Of a stretch of 64,000 nt of DNA, positions 29,172 through 37,649 are shown piece after piece. A model generated the notes under the pieces. That model was not told the DNA's origin and did not search any database. It worked only from the letters and a program-made list of their open reading frames with translations. Source of the stretch: Chloroflexota bacterium (lineage in GTDB: Bacteria > Chloroflexota > UBA11872 > VXOZ01); the NCBI GenBank assembly GCA_965216245.1, contig OZ244145.1, positions 2,317,284 to 2,381,283 of the forward strand. Reading direction: 5' to 3'. Position numbers and translations under genes: made by a program. The number at the start of each line of letters is the position of its first letter. The first letter of the stretch is position 1.

Positions 29172-30350
29172 ATGCGCATCGTTGATGTTGACGTCATTCC
29201 CATTGCCATTAGCGATCCCCCGTTACGCAATTCTTGGGGCGTCCACGAGCCCGTTGCACTCCGCTCAATCGTGCGCCTTACCACGGACGATGGGTGCGTG
29301 GGTTGGGGCGAGACGTATGGCGGTGAGGATATTCTGCGGAAGCTGCAGGGCGCTGCTTCGCTTGTGAAAGGCCTGGATCCCGCGCTTTTCAATCGGTTGC
29401 GTATCCTTATCAACAACCCTCCGGTCTTTGCCGCGTACGAGACGGCCATGCTCGATCTGCTGGGAAAAGCCGGCGGCAGACCTGTCTGTGACGTCCTCGG
29501 CGGCAAGGTGCGAGATACCGTGCCTTACTCGGCGTATCTCTTCTATAAGTACGCGGGCGACGACGAGTGGGGCGAGGCCATGAGTCCGGAGCAACTCGTG
29601 GCCCAGGCGGAGACATTTGTGGATCGTTACGGTTTTGAGACCCTCAAACTTAAAGGGGGTGTGCTGCCGCCGGAGGCGGAAGCCGAGACGATGCGTCAAC
29701 TCCGCGAGCGCTTCCCCCAGCACCAATTGCGTATCGATCCGAATGCCATCTGGTCGGTTGAGACGAGCATTCGCTTTGCGGGCTGGGTGGAGGACCTCGA
29801 TCTGGAATACTATGAGGACCCGGCGCCGGACCTGGCCGGCATGGCGGCCGTGGCGCAGGCAACGCCGATCCCGCTGGCAACGAATATGGTGGTAACGGCC
29901 TTCACCCATATCGCTCCATCTGTCCAGATGGATGCGGTGCAGGTGGTGCTGGCCGACCACCACCACTGGGGCGGCATGCAGGCGTCGCTCACACTGGCCA
30001 AGATTTGCGAGACTTTCCGCCTCGGTATCTCCCAACACAGCAACAGCCACACGGGAATCTCGCTGGCGGCAATGACTCACTGGGCCGCGGCAGCGCCCAA
30101 TCTGATTTACGCTTCGGATACGCACTATCCGTGGAACGAAGAGGACGACATCGTGCAGGGCGGGCCGTTGCAGTTCGTGGATGGCACCCTTCCGGTGCCG
30201 ACCGGACCGGGCTTGGGCGTGGAGGTTGACGAGGAGCGGTTGCAGGCGGCGCACGAGCGCTACCTACAGAACAAAGCCGGGGGCCGAGACGATGTCTCCG
30301 CCATGCAGGAGCGCGATCCCACCTGGCTGCCAATGCGTCCGCGGTGGTAA
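29172..30350 (+). CDS. Enolase-superfamily dehydratase, glucarate dehydratase-like
   Basis: LKLKGG, RIDPN, YEDP, LATN, SQHSN, DTHYPW and PGLGVEVD. Confidence 0.88.
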   Translation: MRIVDVDVIPIAISDPPLRNSWGVHEPVALRSIVRLTTDDGCVGWGETYGGEDILRKLQGAASLVKGLDPALFNRLRILINNPPVFAAYETAMLDLLGKAGGRPVCDVLGGKVRDTVPYSAYLFYKYAGDDEWGEAMSPEQLVAQAETFVDRYGFETLKLKGGVLPPEAEAETMRQLRERFPQHQLRIDPNAIWSVETSIRFAGWVEDLDLEYYEDPAPDLAGMAAVAQATPIPLATNMVVTAFTHIAPSVQMDAVQVVLADHHHWGGMQASLTLAKICETFRLGISQHSNSHTGISLAAMTHWAAAAPNLIYASDTHYPWNEEDDIVQGGPLQFVDGTLPVPTGPGLGVEVDEERLQAAHERYLQNKAGGRDDVSAMQERDPTWLPMRPRW

Positions 30351-30429
30351 GGAATCAGTCTCTTATGAGAGGCGTTTGATGGCCGCACGCTCGTGTCCGG
30401 CTTCCCAATATTTCACGAGGGGAAACTGC

Positions 30430-30587
30430 CTAGAACTTATCTCATAAATACATCGCTCGATGTAGACCTGCCCTTCGACAGGCTCAGGGAGAACGGAAAA
30501 GGCGAGAATCCGTTCGTGCTGAGTGCTGCGCGAAGCCCTTGTCGAAGCACAAATCGGCTATCGAACCGATTTATGAGATAGTTCTAG
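30430..30587. mobile_element. About 160-bp MITE-like element (IS5-like ends) carrying a REP doublet
   Basis: CTAGAACTTATCTCATAAAT ... ATTTATGAGATAGTTCTAG inverted ends enclosing class C REPs at 30471-30496 and 30510-30550. Confidence 0.7.
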
Positions 30588-30652
30588 GCACACCTTGATC
30601 TGTTTGCCGCATGTACCAGACGCGTTCTCCCAATTGCCAAGGCTTTTCACGC

Positions 30653-30756
30653 TGAGCGCCAAAGCCGTCTGGCGTGAGCGCCAAAGCCGTTCGCCCTGAG
30701 CACACAAGTCGTTCGCCCTGAGCACACAAGCCGTTCGCCCTGAGCCTGTCGAAGGG
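30653..30756 (+). repeat. Four 22-bp tandem repeats running into a class C REP
   Basis: Units TGAGCRCMMAAGYCGTTCGCCC at 30653, 30675, 30697 and 30719 (first unit more diverged), then TGAGCCTGTCGAAGGG. Inverted partner REP at 30805-30829. Confidence 0.85.
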
Positions 30757-30948
30757 CAACGGCGTAGGATACGAGATCGCATAGACTGTCCGTGCTCCGT
30801 TCATGCTTCGACAGGCTCAGCACGAACGGGCAAAGGATTTCGGCACCAAGAGCTAGGCACCACATAAACAAAAAAGCAGGAGAGCCCTGGAATAGCTGGG
30901 AGTGGCAAGAGTGCAGGTACACGCGCTGGGTGTGGACGCCGCCGTGCG

Positions 30949-30987
30949 TTGACAGGGGTGTATCCTTGCCCCATGCTAAGGCATGGG
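30949..30987 (+). promoter_or_regulatory. Putative sigma70 promoter with an operator-like palindrome over the -10
   Basis: TTGACA-17 nt-CATGCT; inverted repeat CCCATGC-TAAG-GCATGGG. Confidence 0.5.
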
Positions 30988-31090
30988 CCACGCGTTAGAT
31001 GAGCACTGACCAGCCCCGCAAATTCGATGCCAAATTGAGATAGAAAGTACTGCCCGTTCGGTTCACCGACTAAATAGGAGCACATTACAC

Positions 31091-32116
31091 ATGGCTAACG
31101 GCAAGTTACGTGTCTGCATTGTTGGCACCGGTGCGCGGGGCAATGCCCACGCCAAGGCGTGGCAGGAATCCGGTGAGGCGGACGTGGTCGCCGTGGTCGA
31201 CGTGCTGGCCGACCGTGCGCAGGAGCTGGCGGCGGCGTACGGTGCCCCCCACGTCTTTACCGACTATCATGAAGCGGTGCAGCGCGACGATATCGACGTG
31301 GTCTCTATCTGCACACCGGCCTTCTATCACGAAGAGGTGACGGTCTTTGCCGCCAAGCACGGCAAGCATATGCTGAGCGAGAAGCCGATCGCCATGCGGC
31401 TGGATCAGGCAGATCGCATGATTGCCGCGCTGGAGGCATCCGGCGTCGTCTTTGTGATCAACTTTCAAAGCCGCTTCGGGGACGCGCCCGCGGCGGTGCG
31501 CCAGTGTATACGCGACCGGGCACTCGGCAGCCCGCTCATGTTTCGCATGCATTCGGCCACCCACATTCGGCCCAAGCTGGCCATGCACGACATGGATCGC
31601 GGCAACGGCGGCCCGCTCAACGACTTCATGACCCACTTCTTCGACTACTGGCGCTGGCTTACGGACACAGACCCGGTGCGGGTGAGCGCCCACGGGTTTA
31701 CGTTTGCCAAAGACCGGCCGGAGATTGCCCACTTCCAACACAAAGCGCCGGATACGGCCACGGTTGCATTGGAATTCGGCAGTGGCGACCTGGCCGCATT
31801 CAGCATCTCGTGGGGCTTGCCGCCGGGCGTGCAGCCGCAAGGACGCATCGATGATATTCTCGGGCCGCAGGGAGCGCTAGCACCGAGCCGCCCCCGAGAC
31901 GGCTTCAAGATTCTCCGCGAGGGCGGTGCCGTCACGGAGTTCGGGCCGTATAGCGGTGACAGCCAGTTGCTCTTGACCCAGCACGCGATACGGGCGATTC
32001 GGGGCGAGGAGCCGGTGCAGGCGAGCGCGGAGGACGCGCGCATCGCCCTGGCCGTAACCTGGGCGACATATGAGTCGTTGGAGCAGAACGGCGATCCGGT
32101 AGATATTGTCCTCTAG
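31091..32116 (+). CDS. Gfo/Idh/MocA family oxidoreductase
   Basis: IVGTGARG, KHMLSEKP, GGP..D..TH..D. AGGAG RBS. Confidence 0.92.
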   Translation: MANGKLRVCIVGTGARGNAHAKAWQESGEADVVAVVDVLADRAQELAAAYGAPHVFTDYHEAVQRDDIDVVSICTPAFYHEEVTVFAAKHGKHMLSEKPIAMRLDQADRMIAALEASGVVFVINFQSRFGDAPAAVRQCIRDRALGSPLMFRMHSATHIRPKLAMHDMDRGNGGPLNDFMTHFFDYWRWLTDTDPVRVSAHGFTFAKDRPEIAHFQHKAPDTATVALEFGSGDLAAFSISWGLPPGVQPQGRIDDILGPQGALAPSRPRDGFKILREGGAVTEFGPYSGDSQLLLTQHAIRAIRGEEPVQASAEDARIALAVTWATYESLEQNGDPVDIVL

Positions 32117-32313
32117 GATGGGACTGCCTCAATAGGCAGACCGCTGCCCAGTCCGCAGCCGCAGTCTCTGTTTACGCGTTAAGCACAGAGGCGGGGGACA
32201 AGCCCCCGCGCTACAAGGACCGTCGTGTAGAATTGGCCCTGGTGCACAGTTTCGGCTTCACATCACCCAACCATAACGTATGCGAACATCCAACTCACGA
32301 ATGACACTGGCGC

Positions 32314-33543
32314 ATGGCCTCAACTGACAACGCCGCTCAACGCTCCCCGCTCTCGGAGCACCGGTACCTCAAGCCGCTTGTTCTCTTTCTGACGATCTTC
32401 TTCCTCAACGCCACACTGGGTGCGCCGGGCCGAACGCTCTTTCCTGTCTACGTTGAGAAAGTGCTCGGCGGATCGCCAATTCTTACGTCCACGCTCTTCT
32501 CGGTCCAGAACGTCGTGCGCATTGTCGTGCTCTTTGCCAGCGGTTTGCTGGCGGACCGTGTGGGGGCGAAGTACATCCTGTTGTTGGGCATGACGGCGGT
32601 GAGCATCGGCGGGCTCATGTTCATGGTGTCCGACACGCGGCTGCTCGTGTTGTTGGCGCTCTTGTATGGCGCTCTCTTTACGCTGCGCACCACCTCTTCC
32701 CGCGCCTATCTCGCTCTGGTTGCGCCGTTGGGAAGTATGGGCTTGATGGGGGCGCTCTACTTTACCGGGCCGACTATTGGCAGCGCGCTGGGCAACTTGG
32801 CAGCAGGCCCAATTGCCGATCAGCTTAGCTTTCGCACCTTGGGCATCGTGATGCTGGTGGGGAATCTCGTGCTTGTGTTCTTCGGCGTGATTTTCCTGCC
32901 GCCAATTCGGTTGGAACAGGTGCAGTCGATGTCCGCGTGGGAGATGCTTCGCTCCTACCAGGTCTTGTGGCGGCGGCCGCTTATCCTGCGTCTCATTGGG
33001 ATTCGCTTTCTTCCCACCTGGTGGCTCGGCACGAGTTCGGTGATGCTCCCTCTGCTCATCTTCCGTCTGACAGACTCGGTGACGGCGGTTGCCTTGTATG
33101 CCACCGTCGGCGCGTTGGTAACAGGGTCTACCGGCCTCGTGGTCGGTTGGCTTTCCGATCGCATTGGCAGAGCCATACCGGTGGTAGCGAGCAGTCTCAC
33201 GCTCGCCCTCGGCCCGTTTGGCTGCGCGCTGTTCGTGGATAACGCCCTGTTGCTTGCCGTGTCGGCGATTTTCACGAGCCTGGGGGGTCAGTGGCTTGCC
33301 TCGCTGATGCCGTCGCTCGTGCGCGTGTCGGGAGATGGAAACGAGCAAGGGCGTCTTACCGCCGTAACTGAGGCGGCGTGGACGTTCGGGAACCTGGGCG
33401 GCACCATGGCCGCGGGTATTCTGATCGGCCTGGCCGCGCCGATTCCGTTCGTGCTCGCCGGCGTGCTCAACTTCGGCACGGTGCTGCTGGCCCTCCAGGC
33501 CGCCCGCATTCTGCGGGGCACAGACATTCTGAGCTCACAGTAG
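32314..33543 (+). CDS. MFS transporter
   Basis: About 12 TM segments; motif A GLLADRVGAK and GWLSDRIGR. Confidence 0.92.
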   Translation: MASTDNAAQRSPLSEHRYLKPLVLFLTIFFLNATLGAPGRTLFPVYVEKVLGGSPILTSTLFSVQNVVRIVVLFASGLLADRVGAKYILLLGMTAVSIGGLMFMVSDTRLLVLLALLYGALFTLRTTSSRAYLALVAPLGSMGLMGALYFTGPTIGSALGNLAAGPIADQLSFRTLGIVMLVGNLVLVFFGVIFLPPIRLEQVQSMSAWEMLRSYQVLWRRPLILRLIGIRFLPTWWLGTSSVMLPLLIFRLTDSVTAVALYATVGALVTGSTGLVVGWLSDRIGRAIPVVASSLTLALGPFGCALFVDNALLLAVSAIFTSLGGQWLASLMPSLVRVSGDGNEQGRLTAVTEAAWTFGNLGGTMAAGILIGLAAPIPFVLAGVLNFGTVLLALQAARILRGTDILSSQ

Positions 33544-33840
33544 CGCTGCATTAGACGACGCCCAGGCGTACCGGAGCGGAGCGTGCCGCATTGCCCCACC
33601 CAAAATTGTGAGTGGCAAAGCGGACTTTTGCCTCTTAAGTGGTTGACAAATCGGCGCATTGTCATGACTATGGATTTAAGAGATGTTTTTTTGATAGACT
33701 TACTGCCGGTTGGCGGTAGCAGGCGGGAGGTAGGGTACACGGTGACAGATTAGTGAGCAGGCACTCCTGCTCTTTGCGCGAAGTGCCTGCAGCTATAGCG
33801 GCGTGTGCGGCAATCCTCACGTCGGAAGGAGGTAGCGGTC

Positions 33841-34617
33841 ATGGTAAGCGCGCAAACGACATTGCGGCAGGGCTGGCTGGCGCGGGCGGTGCTCTCCGGC
33901 TTTGTTGCCACCGTACTCATGATTCTCGCCGCCGTGGTCGCGTACGGCATAGCCTACGTGCTGGCAAATATCGAGCCCTCAGAACAGGCAGGCGCCCAGA
34001 CGTACTCCGCCTGGTTCAAGGGCTTGACGGATAACATCATTGTCGAGTACACCACGGACATATTCTACGCCGCAATCGCGATCCATCTGGCCATCGGCTT
34101 GGGCTTTGCCCTTATCTACGCGTACTTTGTCGAGCCGCGCATACCCGGCACGGACGTAGGACGCGGTCTCGTCTTTGCATTCTTCCCGTGGGTACTGTCC
34201 CTGGTGGCATTCCTGCCGCTCGTGGGCGCCGGATTTTTCGGTCTCGGCCTGGACGCAGGCTTTCTGCCAATTCTCGGCAATCTGGTTCTACACATTGTGT
34301 ACGGCGCCGCGCTGGGCTTGGTCTACGGCTCTTTTGGCGACACCGTCGACGCGGAGAATCCCGACTCTGCTCAGGCTACGGCCGCCGACACCGCAGCCAT
34401 GGGGTCGTCGGAGCGCATGGCTGCCCGTGGCATTGTGGCCGGCATCGTGGGTGGCGCCGCTATCGGCCTCATTGCGGCGGCAATTGCGGGCATCAGCGGC
34501 TCTTCGGAGATGATGAATCTGCCGTTGGCGGCCTTTGTGCTCGTCTCCGCGGTGATGGGCGGCACCGTCGGCGCGTTGATCGGCTCGCTGGTGGGTTTGG
34601 AGCAGTCTACGGCCTGA
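33841..34617 (+). CDS. Multi-pass membrane protein (DUF6789-like)
   Basis: GFVAT..M, H...G..FA.IYA, PLVGAGFFG, GNLVLHIVYG. AAGGAGG RBS. Confidence 0.7.
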   Translation: MVSAQTTLRQGWLARAVLSGFVATVLMILAAVVAYGIAYVLANIEPSEQAGAQTYSAWFKGLTDNIIVEYTTDIFYAAIAIHLAIGLGFALIYAYFVEPRIPGTDVGRGLVFAFFPWVLSLVAFLPLVGAGFFGLGLDAGFLPILGNLVLHIVYGAALGLVYGSFGDTVDAENPDSAQATAADTAAMGSSERMAARGIVAGIVGGAAIGLIAAAIAGISGSSEMMNLPLAAFVLVSAVMGGTVGALIGSLVGLEQSTA

Positions 34618-35942
34618 GTAAGAGGAGAGACCTTTTTGTTCGGCCATTCCTCCAGCGTAACCGTCAAGAGCTTATTAATCTTGCGCTGGCGGTAGACCCG
34701 TAGCTCCACGGTGTCACCGGGCTGCTTGTAGGCGTCGATGTATTTGCTCAGGTCGTTCAGCTCTCTGACCGGTATGTCGTCGATGCTGACGATAATGTCG
34801 CCGTTAGCGCCGGTTTCAAAGATGTCGTTGTTGAGCATTGAGCCGGGCAGAATGCCATAAACGATTACGCCGTAATCAACGGGAAGATTACATTGATTGG
34901 CGAGCTGCGGCGTGATGCTGGCGCCGTGGATGGGGAGCCAGGCGTGCTTCGGCGTCTTGCCTGCCAGTAGGTCGGGTAGGATGCGTTTGATTAGGTCAAT
35001 GGGCAGCGCCAACGCGATGCCGGCAAAGTTTTGCGTGGCGATTGCCGTAGTGATGCCAATGACTTCACCGCTCTTCAAGTCAATGAGCGGCCCACCGGAA
35101 CTCCCGCGGTTTATGGCCGCATCGCTCTGAATCATGCCCGTAATGGTCCGCCCGGAGAAGGCGTAGGGACGCCTCAGGCCGGACACGTGACCCGAGCTCA
35201 TGGTGTTGCGGTAGACATAGAAATGACTGCCAATGGCGATGACTTGGTCGCCCACTCTGACGGCAGCGGAGGAGCCAAGTGGGGCGACGACGAGCTTGTC
35301 CGGTGGGATGTTGGCTTGCAGCAATGCAATGTCGGATCCCGGGTCGGTGGCTATGACTCTTGCCCCGAGCGGCGTACCGTCATCAAGCGTAAGGCGCAGT
35401 TCTCTGCCGTCCTTTATGACGTGATAGTTCGTCAAGATGTGGCCCGCCTCGTCGATCACAAAGCCGGAGCCGGCCTCTCCATAGGGCTGGCCGATCCCGA
35501 CAGAGTCGGAGTCCGTTGATATGCGCACGACGCTCCCCTTGAGCCGCTCGTACACGTCTGCTATCAGATTCTGAGATGTCTCCGCTACTACGGCCGGCGG
35601 CGTCGGCGTGGGCGGCTGTGTGGCGATGGCGGTAGGAACCGCCGTGGGCATGGCGGTGGGTATGACGGTAGGCAACGGTGACGGCTCAGCCGTGGGCGCG
35701 ACCGTGGGGAAGGGGACGATGGGCTGTTGGTCGCTCGTCGCACTGGCGCGGGTGGTGGGAGCGGCGCCAGCGCTAGTCTCGGCAGCGCTCGGACTATCCA
35801 AGAGGCGCATGACGCCTATCACCGTGAGCGTGGTCCCAGCCGCCACGACGAGCAGTATCGCGGCAATTGCGCCGGGAACCATGAGGCGACTCCGCCACGT
35901 GCGCTTGCGGCCTTGAAAGGGGTCGTACGGCTTACTGCCCAC
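34371..35942 (-). CDS. HtrA/DegP-like S1C serine protease with PDZ domain (3' end overlaps the convergent gene)
   Basis: N-terminal TM, Pro/Thr linker, GSGFVI, TNYHV, SDIALL, INRGSSGGPL and a PDZ domain (GDIIVSID). Confidence 0.9.
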   Translation of the reverse strand: MGSKPYDPFQGRKRTWRSRLMVPGAIAAILLVVAAGTTLTVIGVMRLLDSPSAAETSAGAAPTTRASATSDQQPIVPFPTVAPTAEPSPLPTVIPTAMPTAVPTAIATQPPTPTPPAVVAETSQNLIADVYERLKGSVVRISTDSDSVGIGQPYGEAGSGFVIDEAGHILTNYHVIKDGRELRLTLDDGTPLGARVIATDPGSDIALLQANIPPDKLVVAPLGSSAAVRVGDQVIAIGSHFYVYRNTMSSGHVSGLRRPYAFSGRTITGMIQSDAAINRGSSGGPLIDLKSGEVIGITTAIATQNFAGIALALPIDLIKRILPDLLAGKTPKHAWLPIHGASITPQLANQCNLPVDYGVIVYGILPGSMLNNDIFETGANGDIIVSIDDIPVRELNDLSKYIDAYKQPGDTVELRVYRQRKINKLLTVTLEEWPNKKVSPLTQAVDCSKPTSEPINAPTVPPITAETSTKAANGRFIISEEPLMPAIAAAMRPIAAPPTMPATMPRAAMRSDDPMAAVSAAVA

Positions 35943-37428
35943 CGCTCCCCTCCTGCGGCAAGCGCACGGTAAATGTATTGCCTTCTCCCGGCGCGCTCTC
36001 GACCGATAGCGTACCGCCGTGCTGCACTATCACGTCATGCGCGAAGGGCAGGCCCAAACCATGGCCGCTGCCAGAGGTGGCGGTATGATGGAATCGCGTA
36101 AAGATGTGCGGGAGATCGTCCGGCGCGATGCCCGCGCCGGTATCGGTCACCGCAATCGTCGCGGTATCGTCTGAGCAATGCAGCGTTACGGTTACGGTCC
36201 CGCCGTGCGGCGTATTCATGCATCCATTGTCTATGAGGGCGGCCAGCGCGTCGCGCAACCCACCGGGGTCGCCGTGAAGCCGCGGTGTGCACGGCAAGTG
36301 GCTCGAAATGTGCAGAGAGTTCTCGTACTGTTCGCGTTTTTCCTGGCAGAGGCTATAGAGCAGCGGCGCCAGCGACACCTCTTCACGCTTTAGATCGAGT
36401 CCTTCTTGCGCGCCCACGTAGAGCGGCAGATGGCGCACCCAGCGCTCGAGCGCTTCCGTTTGCGCTTCAAGCCAAACGACCACGTCGTCGTAGGCTGCCA
36501 TCCACCCGCGCGGTTCGCTATGCAAGAAGGTCCCCAGAATGCGGCGCTGCCGTGGCGGCAGCTCAAGCGCACTCGAATCGCGGGGACGCAACTCACTGCG
36601 CAGAAAGTCGTTGAGGCTGTGCTGCTGCACAATCATTCGTCCCAGTTGATGCTGGATGTAACCGGCGCACTGGGCGCGGAATGCTGAGGCCTCGCCCGCA
36701 GCCGCCTCGGCGAGCACAACGCGATCGAGCAAGTTGTTGAGGCTTTGCGCAAGCCACTGCGGTTCTTGGAGATGTCCTGGTGACACGAGGCGCTCATCCT
36801 CTTCGCCAAACGCCCGAATTCGCGCCGTAGCGCTCGCCACGTCTTCGATTGGTTTTGCGGTAATGTGCGCGATTAGTAGGCCCAGACCCACGGCGAGCAG
36901 CAGGCCGATACCGGCGCCAACTACCAGAACAAGACGCAGGTGAGAGAGAGTCTGCTCGACCGGAGCCAGCGGACGCGCCACTTGGAGCATGCCTTCCGTT
37001 TGTCCCGGCAAGAGTACGGGAAGCGAGTAAATGCGGAACCGCGTGTTCGCGTGCTCAACAGTTTCATACGCGAGTGCTTGCGGCCCCGCGCCGGTCGCGC
37101 CATAGGCGCTGTTGTCGAGCGGTCCGGTGCGGCTGCCGACCGATTGGGCGAGCACCCGGCCGTCAGATGCTTTGAGTTGAAAGGCCGACCCCGTTGGCGC
37201 TACCGCCTCAAACGGTTCTGTAGATACCGGCAACGTGTTGCCTACAAGTGGGGAATCCGCAGACGTCAGAAAGTAGTCGTGCAACTGCTGGCCTTCTGCG
37301 GCCAGGCTCTGATCGAGTTGCGCGTGCAAACTGAACGCGAGCACGCCATACGTTGCCAGGCTCAAGGCGGAGAGAGCGACGGCAAGTACCGCTGTTGTCA
37401 CTACGGCAACAAAGAGCCGCGTGGACAT
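35932..37428 (-). CDS. Membrane HAMP-domain sensor histidine kinase with a divergent H-box
   Basis: Two TMs, HAMP, and HATPase boxes LIDN, DTGAGI, IF.RF, GHGLGL, HGG.L.V.S..G.G..F.V.LP. Confidence 0.85.
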   Translation of the reverse strand: MSTRLFVAVVTTAVLAVALSALSLATYGVLAFSLHAQLDQSLAAEGQQLHDYFLTSADSPLVGNTLPVSTEPFEAVAPTGSAFQLKASDGRVLAQSVGSRTGPLDNSAYGATGAGPQALAYETVEHANTRFRIYSLPVLLPGQTEGMLQVARPLAPVEQTLSHLRLVLVVGAGIGLLLAVGLGLLIAHITAKPIEDVASATARIRAFGEEDERLVSPGHLQEPQWLAQSLNNLLDRVVLAEAAAGEASAFRAQCAGYIQHQLGRMIVQQHSLNDFLRSELRPRDSSALELPPRQRRILGTFLHSEPRGWMAAYDDVVVWLEAQTEALERWVRHLPLYVGAQEGLDLKREEVSLAPLLYSLCQEKREQYENSLHISSHLPCTPRLHGDPGGLRDALAALIDNGCMNTPHGGTVTVTLHCSDDTATIAVTDTGAGIAPDDLPHIFTRFHHTATSGSGHGLGLPFAHDVIVQHGGTLSVESAPGEGNTFTVRLPQEGSGGQ

Positions 37429-37649
37429 AACACGCCTTCCTCAACATTAAATCCTGAAGCAGCTCCTCGCGCCGCTTAGATTTAAACCTACCACAGTGAT
37501 GTGCGCCTGATAAGTAGAATTACGCGAATCTTCTGCCTCAACGTGGCCCACGCGGAGGGCGAGCCGTCTCCGGTTTCCAAGTGTTGGCGTGCTAGAATGA
37601 GACAATCACGAGTGCCCTCATTGGTATATATGCCGGGATCATCGCCTGT

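Noticed and set aside
30653-30756. Repeat array as a mini CRISPR
   Set aside because: The period is only 22 bp, the 7-nt linkers are repeated rather than unique, there are no cas genes, and the units derive from a REP.
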